NCBI GenBank assembly: GCA_036386845.1
Contig: DASVUW010000348.1
Coordinates: 1 to 49,979, forward strand
Origin: Allosphingosinicella sp.
GTDB taxonomy: Bacteria; Pseudomonadota; Alphaproteobacteria; Sphingomonadales; Sphingomonadaceae
Reading direction: 5' to 3'
Length of the DNA stretch: 49,979 bases
The notes beneath the pieces were generated by a model. That model saw nothing but the letters and a program-made list of their open reading frames with translations. It made no database searches and was not told the origin of the DNA. Every line of letters starts with the position of its first letter. Positions within the stretch are counted from its first letter, which is position 1. The position numbers and the translations under genes are program-made. This document shows positions 1 through 8,496 of this stretch, piece by piece.

Positions 1-5
1 GCGCC

Positions 6-1358
6 ATGAGCAGGCCGCTTGCCGCCGTGATCCTTGCCGCCGGCAAGGGGACGCGGATGAAATCCGACCTTCACAAGGTGCTGCACCCGATTGCGGGGCG
101 GCCGATGATCGAGCATCTGCTCGAGAGCGTGAAGTCCCTGGAGCCGCAGCGGACCGTGATCGTCGTCGGCAACCAGCGCGGGCAGCTCGAGGCCCGGCTC
201 GCGGGCCCCGGAATAGACTTCGCCGTCCAGGAGCCGCAGCTGGGCACCGCCCACGCCGTCCGGCAGGCCGAAGCGGCGCTTGCGGACTTCGAGGGCGACG
301 TCCTGATCCTTTCCGGAGACGCCCCGTTCATTCGAGCCCGGACCATGCAGCTGATGCTCGGAGCGCTCCAGTCGGAGCCGGAAGCGGCCATGGTCGCGCT
401 CGGGTTCCGCCCCGCCGACGCCGCGGCCTATGGGCGGATCGTCGCTGGAGAGGACGGCAGGGTCTCGAGGATCGTCGAGCACAAGGACGCCTCGGAGGAG
501 GAGCGGGCGATTGGTCTGTGCAACGCCAACATCTTCGCCGTCCGGGCGTCGGAACTCTGGCCGCTCCTCGCGCGGGTGGGCAACGAGAACGTGCAGGCGG
601 AATATTACCTGCCGGACATCGTCAACCTGGCGTCGGCCGACGGCCGTCCGGCGCTGCTCGTCGAGTGCGAGCCCGCGGAGGCGATAGGCCCCAACAGCCG
701 AGGCGAGTTCGCGGCGGCCGAGGCTCTGTGGCAGGCCCGCCGCCGGGCCGAGGCGATGGCCGACGGCGCGACCCTGATCGCGCCCGAGACCGTGTGGTTC
801 GCCTTCGACACCAGGCTCGGCCGGGACGTCACGATCGAGCCCAACGTCTATTTCGGCCCGGGTGTGAGCATTGCCGACGGGGCCCGGATCCGCGCCTTCA
901 GCCATATCGAGGGCGCGACCATCGCCGCCGGCGCCGAGATCGGTCCCTATGCACGCCTCAGGCCCGGAACGGTCATCGGCGAGAAGGCCAAGGTCGGCAA
1001 TTTCGTCGAGACCAAGAAGACGACGCTCGGCGCCGGCGCCAAGGCCAGTCACCTCACCTATCTCGGCGACACCCAGGTGGGCGCCGGGGCCAATATCGGC
1101 GCCGGCACGATCACGTGCAATTACGACGGTTATCTCAAATACGGCACGGTGATCGGCGAGGGCGCCTTCATCGGCTCCAACTCGGCGCTGGTCGCTCCGG
1201 TCAAGATCGGCGCGGGAGCCATCGTGGGCGCGGGTTCGGTGGTGACGAAAGACGTCGAAGCCGACGCCCTGGCGCTCGCGCGGGGAACTCAGCAGGTCAG
1301 ACCCGGCTGGGCGGCCCGCTTCCGCACGGCGATGTTGGCAAAAAAGAAAGCGGGTTGA
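6..1358 (+). CDS. glmU: Bifunctional UDP-N-acetylglucosamine pyrophosphorylase / glucosamine-1-phosphate N-acetyltransferase
   Basis: LAAGKGTRMKS N-terminal motif, EYYLPD, hexapeptide left-handed beta-helix repeats, TCNYDG; directly upstream of glmS. Confidence 0.98.
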   Translation: MSRPLAAVILAAGKGTRMKSDLHKVLHPIAGRPMIEHLLESVKSLEPQRTVIVVGNQRGQLEARLAGPGIDFAVQEPQLGTAHAVRQAEAALADFEGDVLILSGDAPFIRARTMQLMLGALQSEPEAAMVALGFRPADAAAYGRIVAGEDGRVSRIVEHKDASEEERAIGLCNANIFAVRASELWPLLARVGNENVQAEYYLPDIVNLASADGRPALLVECEPAEAIGPNSRGEFAAAEALWQARRRAEAMADGATLIAPETVWFAFDTRLGRDVTIEPNVYFGPGVSIADGARIRAFSHIEGATIAAGAEIGPYARLRPGTVIGEKAKVGNFVETKKTTLGAGAKASHLTYLGDTQVGAGANIGAGTITCNYDGYLKYGTVIGEGAFIGSNSALVAPVKIGAGAIVGAGSVVTKDVEADALALARGTQQVRPGWAARFRTAMLAKKKAG

Positions 1359-1366
1359 TCTAGAGC

Positions 1367-1480
1367 GTCCTTCGATACGCCGGTTCGACAAGCTCACCGG
1401 CTACTCAGGATGAGCGGGTTGTGCACTTCCGCTCATCCTGAGTAGGGACTGAGCGGAGGCGAAGGCCCGTATCGAAGGAC
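1367..1480. repeat. REP/REPIN-like nested palindromic intergenic element
   Basis: Outer 13-bp inverted repeat GTCCTTCGATACG (1367-1379)/CGTATCGAAGGAC (1468-1480); inner 17-bp inverted repeat CTACTCAGGATGAGCGG (1401-1417)/(1429-1445); contains TTCGACAAGCTCA. Confidence 0.8.
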
Positions 1481-1507
1481 AAAGCCCGGTCAGGAGACGC
1501 GTAAAAC

Positions 1508-3334
1508 ATGTGCGGAATCATCGGCATCGTCGGGCGCGAGGAAGTTTCCGACCGGCTCATGAAGGGCCTGAGGCGGCTCGAATATCGCGGCTACGACAGC
1601 GCCGGGATCTGCACGATCCTGGGCGGGGCGCTCGAACGCCGGCGGGCCGAGGGCAAGCTGGACAATCTCGCCGCCGAGCTCGCCTCCAGCCCGCTCGCCG
1701 GGACGATCGGGATCGCCCATACGCGCTGGGCGACCCACGGCGCCCCCACCGTCGGCAACGCCCATCCGCACATCGTGGGGGGGGTGGCTCTGGTCCACAA
1801 CGGGATCATCGAGAATTTCAGGCCGCTTCGCGAGGAGATGCAGTCGGCGGGCCGGACTTTCCAGTCCGAGACCGACAGCGAGGTCGTCGCCCATCTGATC
1901 GATCACCAGCTGGAGCAGGGGAAGTCGCCGAAGGAGGCGGTCGCGGCGGTCCTTCCGCGCCTCCACGGCGCCTTCGCGATCACCATCCTGTTCCGCGACC
2001 ATCCCGAAATGCTGATCGGCGCCCGGATGGGCGCGCCGCTCACCGTCGGCTATGGCGATGGCGAAACCTATCTGGGCTCGGACGCGCTCGCCCTGGCCGG
2101 CCTCACCCAGCGCATCGCCTATCTGGACGAAGGCGACTGGGCGGTGATCACCCATGATGGCGCTAGCATCTTCGACCGGGCCAACGCGCCCGTGACGCGC
2201 GAGACGGTCGAATCGGGCGCGTCCAGCGACGTCGGCGACAAGGGCAACCACGCGCATTTCATGCAAAAGGAGATTTTCGAGCAGCCGATCGTAGTCGCCC
2301 AGACGCTCAGCTCCTACCTGCGCCCGTTCGAGCGCAAGGTCGCGCTGCCGGCGATGGACGAGGATTTCGCGGGCGTCCGGCGAGTCACCATCGTCGCCTG
2401 CGGCACCAGCTTCTACGCCGGAATGGTCGCCAAATATTGGTTCGAGCAATTCGCCCGGGTCCCGGTCGACCTCGATGTCGCCTCCGAGTTCCGATACCGC
2501 CAGCCGGTCCTCGAGCCGGGCGGGCTCGCGCTCTTCATCTCGCAGTCGGGCGAGACCGCCGACACCCTCGCCGCGCTTCGCCACGCCCGCGCCGAGGGCC
2601 AGCGCATCGCCGTCGTCGTCAATGTTCCGACGAGCTCGATGGCGCGCGAGGCGGACCTTCTTCTTCCGACCCATGCCGGGCCTGAGATCGGAGTAGCCTC
2701 CACCAAGGCCTTCACGTGCCAGCTCGCCGTCCTCGCCGCCCTCGCCGCCAAGCTCGCGCGTGACAAGGGGCGGATCAGCGAGGAGGAAGAGCGCGAGATC
2801 GTCGACCATCTCTCCGAGGCGCCGGCGGCGATGAACGCGGCCCTGGGCCACGACGAGGAGATCGCGGCGATGGCGCCGCTGATCGCGCAGGCGCGCGACG
2901 TCCTCTATCTCGGCCGGGGCGCCGATTACCCCCTCGCCATGGAAGGCGCCCTCAAGCTGAAGGAGATCAGCTACATCCACGCCGAAGGCTATGCCGCCGG
3001 CGAGATGAAGCACGGCCCGATCGCCCTCATCGACGATAGCGTCCCCGTCATCGTCCTCGCGCCGAGCGGCCCCCTGTTCGAGAAGACGGTCTCCAACATG
3101 CAGGAAGTCCAGGCCCGAGGCGGCAAGGTCGTCCTGATCTCCGACGCCGAAGGGCTGAAGGCCGCGGCGGATTCACGGCTCCTGGCGACGATCGAGATGC
3201 CGAGGGTCCACCCGCTGATCGCGCCTCTCGTCTACGCCATCCCGGTCCAGCTTCTGGCCTATCACGTGGCGGTGGCGAAGGGGACGGACGTCGATCAGCC
3301 GCGGAACCTGGCGAAGAGCGTTACGGTCGAATAG
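1508..3334 (+). CDS. glmS: Glutamine--fructose-6-phosphate transaminase (isomerizing)
   Basis: MCGIIG N-terminal nucleophile Cys, HTRWATHG, SQSGETADT, C-terminal DQPRNLAKSVTVE. Confidence 0.99.
   Translation: MCGIIGIVGREEVSDRLMKGLRRLEYRGYDSAGICTILGGALERRRAEGKLDNLAAELASSPLAGTIGIAHTRWATHGAPTVGNAHPHIVGGVALVHNGIIENFRPLREEMQSAGRTFQSETDSEVVAHLIDHQLEQGKSPKEAVAAVLPRLHGAFAITILFRDHPEMLIGARMGAPLTVGYGDGETYLGSDALALAGLTQRIAYLDEGDWAVITHDGASIFDRANAPVTRETVESGASSDVGDKGNHAHFMQKEIFEQPIVVAQTLSSYLRPFERKVALPAMDEDFAGVRRVTIVACGTSFYAGMVAKYWFEQFARVPVDLDVASEFRYRQPVLEPGGLALFISQSGETADTLAALRHARAEGQRIAVVVNVPTSSMAREADLLLPTHAGPEIGVASTKAFTCQLAVLAALAAKLARDKGRISEEEEREIVDHLSEAPAAMNAALGHDEEIAAMAPLIAQARDVLYLGRGADYPLAMEGALKLKEISYIHAEGYAAGEMKHGPIALIDDSVPVIVLAPSGPLFEKTVSNMQEVQARGGKVVLISDAEGLKAAADSRLLATIEMPRVHPLIAPLVYAIPVQLLAYHVAVAKGTDVDQPRNLAKSVTVE
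3299..3334 (+). other. attTn7 TnsD recognition region (3' end of glmS)
   Basis: Codons for PRNLAKSVTVE*, the known TnsD-bound sequence; the element begins 24 bp downstream. Confidence 0.85.
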
Positions 3335-3353
3335 CGACTCCCGGCCGGCGCCG

Positions 3354-3358
3354 GACCG
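3354..3358 (+). repeat. 5-bp target site duplication GACCG (left copy)
   Basis: Identical GACCG at 49386-49390 directly after the other terminus. Confidence 0.95.
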
Positions 3359-3424
3359 TGAGGGCGAACAATAAAGTTTTCCTTGGGACAATTTAGTTTT
3401 CCCACGGCCAATAAAGATTTCCGG
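3359..3424 (+). repeat. Transposon end proximal to glmS (Tn7R-like) with three closely spaced TnsB-binding sites
   Basis: 20-bp periodic motifs AACAATAAAGTTTTCC, GACAATTTAGTTTTCC, GCCAATAAAGATTTCC, resembling Tn7 GACAATAAAGT sites. Confidence 0.9.
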
Positions 3425-3460
3425 ATGAGCGTCGAACGGACGGGCGTGTCTCAGTGCCGG

Positions 3461-3808
3461 TCAGGAAGCAGGTTCGCGCAACTCGCCGAGCTGGTCGAGG
3501 AAGGCGACGATGCGTTCGGCATCGGCGTCGGTTCCCTTCCATACCGCCATCACGCCGCTGATCAGTCGCGCGACTGCCGGATCCGCTCGCTCTGCGTCTG
3601 TGAATCCCTCGATCGAGAGGCCAAGCGTCCTGCAAACTCGCACGACGTTCTGGCTGAGTGTCTTGAACTCCCCGCGGCAGATTCGGCTGACCTGGCTTGC
3701 ATGGACAGCAGCCTTTTCACCTATTTCCGAGTAACTTAGGTCAGACGTCGCCTTACGGAGGGCTATCTCCGTGCGAAGCTTGGTAATGGCGTCGGGGTTG
3801 ACGGACAT
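3461..3808 (-). CDS. XRE-family helix-turn-helix regulator (115 aa)
   Basis: LSYSEIGEKAAVHASQVSRICRG HTH; ATG at 3808 chosen within ORF 3461..4153; divergent from NADAR gene. Confidence 0.8.
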   Translation of the reverse strand: MSVNPDAITKLRTEIALRKATSDLSYSEIGEKAAVHASQVSRICRGEFKTLSQNVVRVCRTLGLSIEGFTDAERADPAVARLISGVMAVWKGTDADAERIVAFLDQLGELREPAS

Positions 3809-3842
3809 GCAGATGTGCATAATAAGGATATGCAGATTTGCA
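3808..3842. promoter_or_regulatory. Tandem operator boxes TGCA-N4-TGCA between XRE and NADAR genes
   Basis: TGCAGATGTGCA (3808-3819) and TGCAGATTTGCA (3831-3842), 23-bp period, in a 42-bp divergent gap. Confidence 0.65.
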
Positions 3843-3850
3843 AAGAGGCG

Positions 3851-4360
3851 ATGATGGACGCGACCGATGAGATCCGCTTCTACAGGGCCAGCGAGAAGCC
3901 CTATGGCGCTTTCAGCAACCTGTTCCGCAGGGAGATTGAATTCGAGGGCGACGTTTTCGCGACGTCCGAGCATGCCTATCAGGCTGGGAAGGCACGCAAG
4001 CCGGAGGTCAGGAAGTGGCTGATGGCGGCGCCGTCGCCGGCGCTGCTCGCAATGGCCGCTCATGGCCTCTATTATTGGGACATCGCGCCGGGATGGTCGA
4101 AGACCAAGTTCGACAGGATGCGCCGGGTCCTGCGGGCGAAGTTCGCGCAGCATGCAGATTTGCGGGAGCTGCTTCTGGGCACCGGGAATGCCGTTCTCAT
4201 CGAAAGTGCGACCGTGGATAACCCGGTCAACCGTCTGTGGGGTCAGGTGAACGGCGTCGGCTCGAACATGCTGGGCGTAATGCTCATGGAGCTGAGGTCG
4301 GAGCTTCGGGGTGAAGAGGCGACCGGAGAAACCTGGCCCGAGCTCATCGCGGCCGAGTGA
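3851..4360 (+). CDS. NADAR / YbiA-family N-glycosidase
   Basis: YGAFSN, TSEHAYQAGK, KFAQHADLRELLLGTG..LIE, WG..G.G.NMLG..LMELR motifs; GAGG RBS before ATG 3851. Confidence 0.9.
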   Translation: MMDATDEIRFYRASEKPYGAFSNLFRREIEFEGDVFATSEHAYQAGKARKPEVRKWLMAAPSPALLAMAAHGLYYWDIAPGWSKTKFDRMRRVLRAKFAQHADLRELLLGTGNAVLIESATVDNPVNRLWGQVNGVGSNMLGVMLMELRSELRGEEATGETWPELIAAE

Positions 4361-4363
4361 GTT

Positions 4364-5320
4364 TCAGAACAGGCCGGGCTCGATTTCATCGCCGAGGTCG
4401 GGATCAAGGCCGTCCAGGATGGCCCGGGCGGTGAGCGGCCCGCAGTTCCGGAATAGACCTCTTGCACCTGTAAAGGCGCAGTTTGCGGCGGCCAGGCGCT
4501 GGCCGGCGAGGATTCCCGGAATAAGCGCCTCCAGCGATTTGAGGGCCTCACCGTTGCGGCCCAGGGACAGCAGCCGATCGATGATTCCGACGGTCACCAT
4601 GTCTCCGGATCCGCTCGTGTCCCGAACGACGGATGCTTTGGTCGCGCCGCAGCGGAGGCCGCGACCGTCGCGTCGGACCTCGAGGCCATCGGCACCGTAG
4701 GTGACGATGGAGATGGCGCCTTTGGGGAGGTCGCGTTCCTCGAGCCGAATCGGGAAACGCTCCGACGAGTATTTGAGGATGCTGGTGTGCCGTAGGGCGC
4801 GGCGAAAGAGCTCCGGATCGTCGATTGCTGACGGCTCGAAATAGACGAGGGCGCCGGCCCGATCCGCCATTTCCATTGCCGAAGCGATCGCCTCGGTAAG
4901 ACGATCTGCATAGAAGATGGCGCACTGATCGAGAGCGGATGACGCCCGGCTTACCTCGAGTTGCTCGATCGGAGTGAAGCGAGGGAAATCCTCGTCGGTA
5001 TCGGGGCAAACGAAGGAGAATGCGTGCTGGCCTTGCGCCGTGTTCACGAGTTGAATGAGAATCGGGGACGCTATGTAAGCGCTGCGGAAGATGTAGCTGA
5101 TGTCGGCCCCGGCATCAGCGAACTCGGACGACAGCGTGTCGCCGACGGCGTCGACGCCGAGGGCGATCACGGGTGCTACCCGGCGGTCGAGGAGCGCAAG
5201 CGAGAGGAGCACGTTTCCGCAGGAACCGCCGAGGGCCTCGAAGGCGTCGGCATCATCGGAGTAGATGCGGTCGAGCACCGTGAACCCGGTTCCGGCGACG
5301 TCGATGGCACCCTTAGGCAA
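4364..5320 (-). CDS. PfkB/ribokinase-family carbohydrate or nucleoside kinase
   Basis: GGSCGNV substrate motif, C-terminal DTSGSGD; TTG start with AAGGAG RBS overlapping the upstream stop. Confidence 0.88.
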   Translation of the reverse strand: MPKGAIDVAGTGFTVLDRIYSDDADAFEALGGSCGNVLLSLALLDRRVAPVIALGVDAVGDTLSSEFADAGADISYIFRSAYIASPILIQLVNTAQGQHAFSFVCPDTDEDFPRFTPIEQLEVSRASSALDQCAIFYADRLTEAIASAMEMADRAGALVYFEPSAIDDPELFRRALRHTSILKYSSERFPIRLEERDLPKGAISIVTYGADGLEVRRDGRGLRCGATKASVVRDTSGSGDMVTVGIIDRLLSLGRNGEALKSLEALIPGILAGQRLAAANCAFTGARGLFRNCGPLTARAILDGLDPDLGDEIEPGLF

Positions 5321-7331
5321 CGGCTGCTCCTTTCATATTCGTTCGCTCTTTGTACCACTCGCCTTCCGGAGCGTCTACAAGCCGCGATACCTCGAGTGCA
5401 AAGCCGCCTTCGTTGGATCTGCCCAGAGAACCGAGAATGCGGAGCAATGCGTCCGGGCCGGTACAGTCTGCGCCGAACAGAGACCAGCCGACATGTTCGC
5501 GGCTGCAGACATGGTCGACGCTGACGCCGAATGGCAGGCCGAGCATGATGTGATCGTTGCCGGAGGCATCGCCCCGATCACCGATGCAGAGCACCTCCTG
5601 GTCTGGAGCGATCTTCGACTGCACCGCATTGACGACGTTGGTCTTGCAGGCCTCCATCAGGCACAGATCGTAGGAATGTCGGGACTGGACGATCTTCAGG
5701 TCATGGTGACCTTCGAAGGGCCCTTGGGCGAAGGCGGCGAGGAAAGCCTCCTCCGACGGAATTTGGTTTTTGCCGATCGTTACCTGAAGCGGGCTGTCCT
5801 TGATTTTGCCGGTGAATAGATCGGGGCGCGATCGCATCCACGCAAGGGCGTTGCGGACCGCGGGCCGCATAGGCGGCTGAGCGAGGCTGATATCCTCGGA
5901 AAGCGGCTTTATGTGGGCACCGTTGTAGTAGCCCATGACGACTTCGTCGTGGTGGCGCCTGGGGAGGAGCTCGCGCAGTCGCTCTCCTGCTGAGCCGCCT
6001 CGACCGGTAGCGATGCCAAGGCGCAGACCCTGATCGATCAGTTCCGTGAGCCGCGTGACCATATCGTCTGTGGGCGGTTCGAGACGCTTCTCAGTCGCGA
6101 CGATTGTTCCGTCATAGTCGAGTACAAGTCCCCCGAATCGCGCCGATGAGAGGCGCTCGACCAGCTTTCGGTGGGCGGCGGGCAGATCGCCGTCGTCGAC
6201 CCCGATTTCGTCGTCCAGGGCACGGGTGAAACGCTTCTGGCGAACAGGCGGCGAGAGGTCGCGGGAAAGCCTGGCCAGCCCGTCCGCCTCATAGATCGGC
6301 CGCGCGAACTCGCCGACGCCTGGTTTCCCGGGATCGATGCCGCGTTGCTCGCTCAGCGTCTCGACGATGGCGAAGCCGTCCAGGAGTGCCAGATAGCCGT
6401 CGAGTCGTGAGCACCGGCCGTAGTCGCGGCTGAGACGGGCTATTGTGGGAGGCAAGGGGCCGTCGATCTCGCTCCAGATAGCTTGGGTTTCAGCGCCGGT
6501 GAGCGCCAGGAGGAAGGCGTCCGCACGGTTGGCGAGCCAGACGTGTCTGCCGTGCGCGAAATTCCTGAAATCGGTCGTCTGAACCGGGAGCGCGGCGGTT
6601 TCCCAGAGAGAGGTCTCGACGAGGACGGCCGCAGGTTTGAGGCGAGGATCGTAAAGGACGATCGCAACTGCGGCTGAAGCTGCACCTGCGAGGAGATCCG
6701 TCCAGTGGCTGCGTGCTTCGCGGCCGAGCCGGGCTTCTGTAAGAGTGGCCACGCTCTGCCCCAGTTCGGATGCTTGGCCTTCATGGGCGACGGCGCCGGC
6801 GGCCATGAGGAGGCTGACCAGGGCCCCGACGAGCGAGTGCGTTGCCAGAAAGCCGTCTTTGGGCTCCACTCGAGGGGTGACTACGACCAGCAGGTCGCGA
6901 ACTCCCTCCGCGGCTTCGATGATTCGGGCATCCGGGTTCGATGTGACGATCGTGATGGTTTTCGCCCCTCGGTTCCGAGCCGCGGTCAGCGCTCCGAGGA
7001 TATCGTGATTGTCGCCGCTGGCGCTAAACAGCCAGACGTCCGTGTCGTGGAGATGCGAGAGTTCCATCGTGAAAGCGAGTGGGGTCCTGACCGTGGTTGG
7101 CCCCCGGCCCAGGGTCGAGCGGCAGAGACGCAGGAATTCGGCGGCGACGGCCGATCCCCCTGATCCGATCGCCATGGCATGTCGGCTGCGGCTGTCGCGC
7201 AGGTGCCGAGCGAGGGCGCTGATATCGGTTGCGGCCGCAGCCTCGGCCGTTTGGGGCAGCAGGTCCAGTTTTTCGGAGAAGATGCCCATAGGTCTTTCTG
7301 GGGCGGACGGAGCCGAATTGCTAGGCTGCAT
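5313..7331 (-). CDS. SIS (sugar isomerase) domain - HAD class IIB phosphatase fusion (alternative start 7289)
   Basis: AIGSGGS, FSASG and FRNFAHG SIS-like motifs; LDYDGT (HAD motif I), IATGRG (II), K...IGDRGDASGND (III/IV). Confidence 0.8.
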   Translation of the reverse strand: MQPSNSAPSAPERPMGIFSEKLDLLPQTAEAAAATDISALARHLRDSRSRHAMAIGSGGSAVAAEFLRLCRSTLGRGPTTVRTPLAFTMELSHLHDTDVWLFSASGDNHDILGALTAARNRGAKTITIVTSNPDARIIEAAEGVRDLLVVVTPRVEPKDGFLATHSLVGALVSLLMAAGAVAHEGQASELGQSVATLTEARLGREARSHWTDLLAGAASAAVAIVLYDPRLKPAAVLVETSLWETAALPVQTTDFRNFAHGRHVWLANRADAFLLALTGAETQAIWSEIDGPLPPTIARLSRDYGRCSRLDGYLALLDGFAIVETLSEQRGIDPGKPGVGEFARPIYEADGLARLSRDLSPPVRQKRFTRALDDEIGVDDGDLPAAHRKLVERLSSARFGGLVLDYDGTIVATEKRLEPPTDDMVTRLTELIDQGLRLGIATGRGGSAGERLRELLPRRHHDEVVMGYYNGAHIKPLSEDISLAQPPMRPAVRNALAWMRSRPDLFTGKIKDSPLQVTIGKNQIPSEEAFLAAFAQGPFEGHHDLKIVQSRHSYDLCLMEACKTNVVNAVQSKIAPDQEVLCIGDRGDASGNDHIMLGLPFGVSVDHVCSREHVGWSLFGADCTGPDALLRILGSLGRSNEGGFALEVSRLVDAPEGEWYKERTNMKGAAVA

Positions 7332-8493
7332 GCTGTGGGGCGTTTTGGTCCGGAGACGGGGCCTGCGGGCCGGCGGACGGTGCCTCGGCGCCGGAGGATT
7401 GCGGGCCGGCGATCAAGCCGCCGTAAATCGGTCCGTCCAGCCACACATGGACAATTCGGTCTGGTGAGGGGCCGCCCTCCCCTCCCCCCGGCGACGGAAG
7501 GTCATACCGGACTGTTTCCACGTAGAGGACGGGCAGTTCGTGCTCGATGGCGGCCATCATCGCCCCGACGGCCATGACCTTGCTGCCGACTGGTGAGAGA
7601 ATGAGCTGCGGCTCGTAAACCTCTTCGACGACTTCGTCGTAGCGGCGCTTCAAGGCCGAAATGGTTCGGTAGGAATCGAGCGGATTGTGCTCCGAGGCAT
7701 AGATGAGATCCCCCTCATGGACCTCCCAATCGTCGCTCAGCTGGTTTCCGAACTCGGTGATGAGCTCGTCGGCTCGCCGCGGGTTCTCGGCGGGGAAAGG
7801 GAGCATGGGGCAGGTCCGATAGACCCCATCAAGGGATGCTCGGATGCTCGTCAAGGCGGCGGCGCGCCCATGGGCGAGCTGAGGGAGCCAGATTTGTGAG
7901 ATGGGTAGGATACGTGGCGGGAGAGCGCCGGCATAACCGCGTACGCTCATGACCCGGTCGTCCGGCTCGGAACGGATTGTCTCGTCCAGGGCCGGGTTTG
8001 AGGTGATCATGAGGTGAAAGCTGAGTTCTGGGTTGCGCTCCGAATATTCGAGGAGAAGCCGGGCCGCGGGGAAGCCGATGCCGATCGAGAGTGCGCTCAT
8101 GTCGAGCACGATGTCGGTGAGGTCGGCCGGCATCGAAAATTGCTTGAGCTCCGCCGCGATGCGGGCTCCGCCGACCGGCGCACCGTCGTCGGCGAAGACC
8201 TGGACCTTGATGACCGAGCAGCTGGGTATCAGCGACTTGAGGTCCGCCTCGTTTGTGTCGGCGCGGATCTGAAGGCTTTGGGTTGGATTGCCTCTCTCTT
8301 CGCGGATCATCAAAGCGCTCAGCCGCGGCCCGAGCACGCTTTGGAGAAGCTTCGGGACGTGGAGGGCGCGCGGGTCGAAGCCGGCGCCGCCGACGACGAG
8401 GCAGCGCCTATGTGCCTGGGCGAAATAGTCACTGACGAATTCGTCGACTCGCGCATCTCGATGGGTGATGCAGTTTTGCCAGTGCGGGCGCAT
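7321..8493 (-). CDS. Uncharacterised protein with probable tandem Rossmann/CARF-like domains
   Basis: Tightly coupled in operon; IVLDMSALS and LILSPVGSKVMAVGAMMAA resemble CARF strand-helix motifs; fold call is inference. Confidence 0.55.
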   Translation of the reverse strand: MRPHWQNCITHRDARVDEFVSDYFAQAHRRCLVVGGAGFDPRALHVPKLLQSVLGPRLSALMIREERGNPTQSLQIRADTNEADLKSLIPSCSVIKVQVFADDGAPVGGARIAAELKQFSMPADLTDIVLDMSALSIGIGFPAARLLLEYSERNPELSFHLMITSNPALDETIRSEPDDRVMSVRGYAGALPPRILPISQIWLPQLAHGRAAALTSIRASLDGVYRTCPMLPFPAENPRRADELITEFGNQLSDDWEVHEGDLIYASEHNPLDSYRTISALKRRYDEVVEEVYEPQLILSPVGSKVMAVGAMMAAIEHELPVLYVETVRYDLPSPGGGEGGPSPDRIVHVWLDGPIYGGLIAGPQSSGAEAPSAGPQAPSPDQNAPQHAA

Positions 8494-8496
8494 GGC

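Noticed and set aside
1359-1507. glmS ribozyme upstream of glmS
   Set aside because: Mostly a Gram-positive element; the spacer is explained by a palindromic repeat and I see no ribozyme core
1490-3013. 507-aa minus-strand ORF
   Set aside because: Antisense shadow of glmS caused by high-GC codon bias
5313-7331. SIS-domain gene as a duplicated glmS fragment or second attTn7
   Set aside because: No glutaminase domain, no PRNLAKSVT tail, and fused to HAD; the shared SIS fold near glmS appears coincidental
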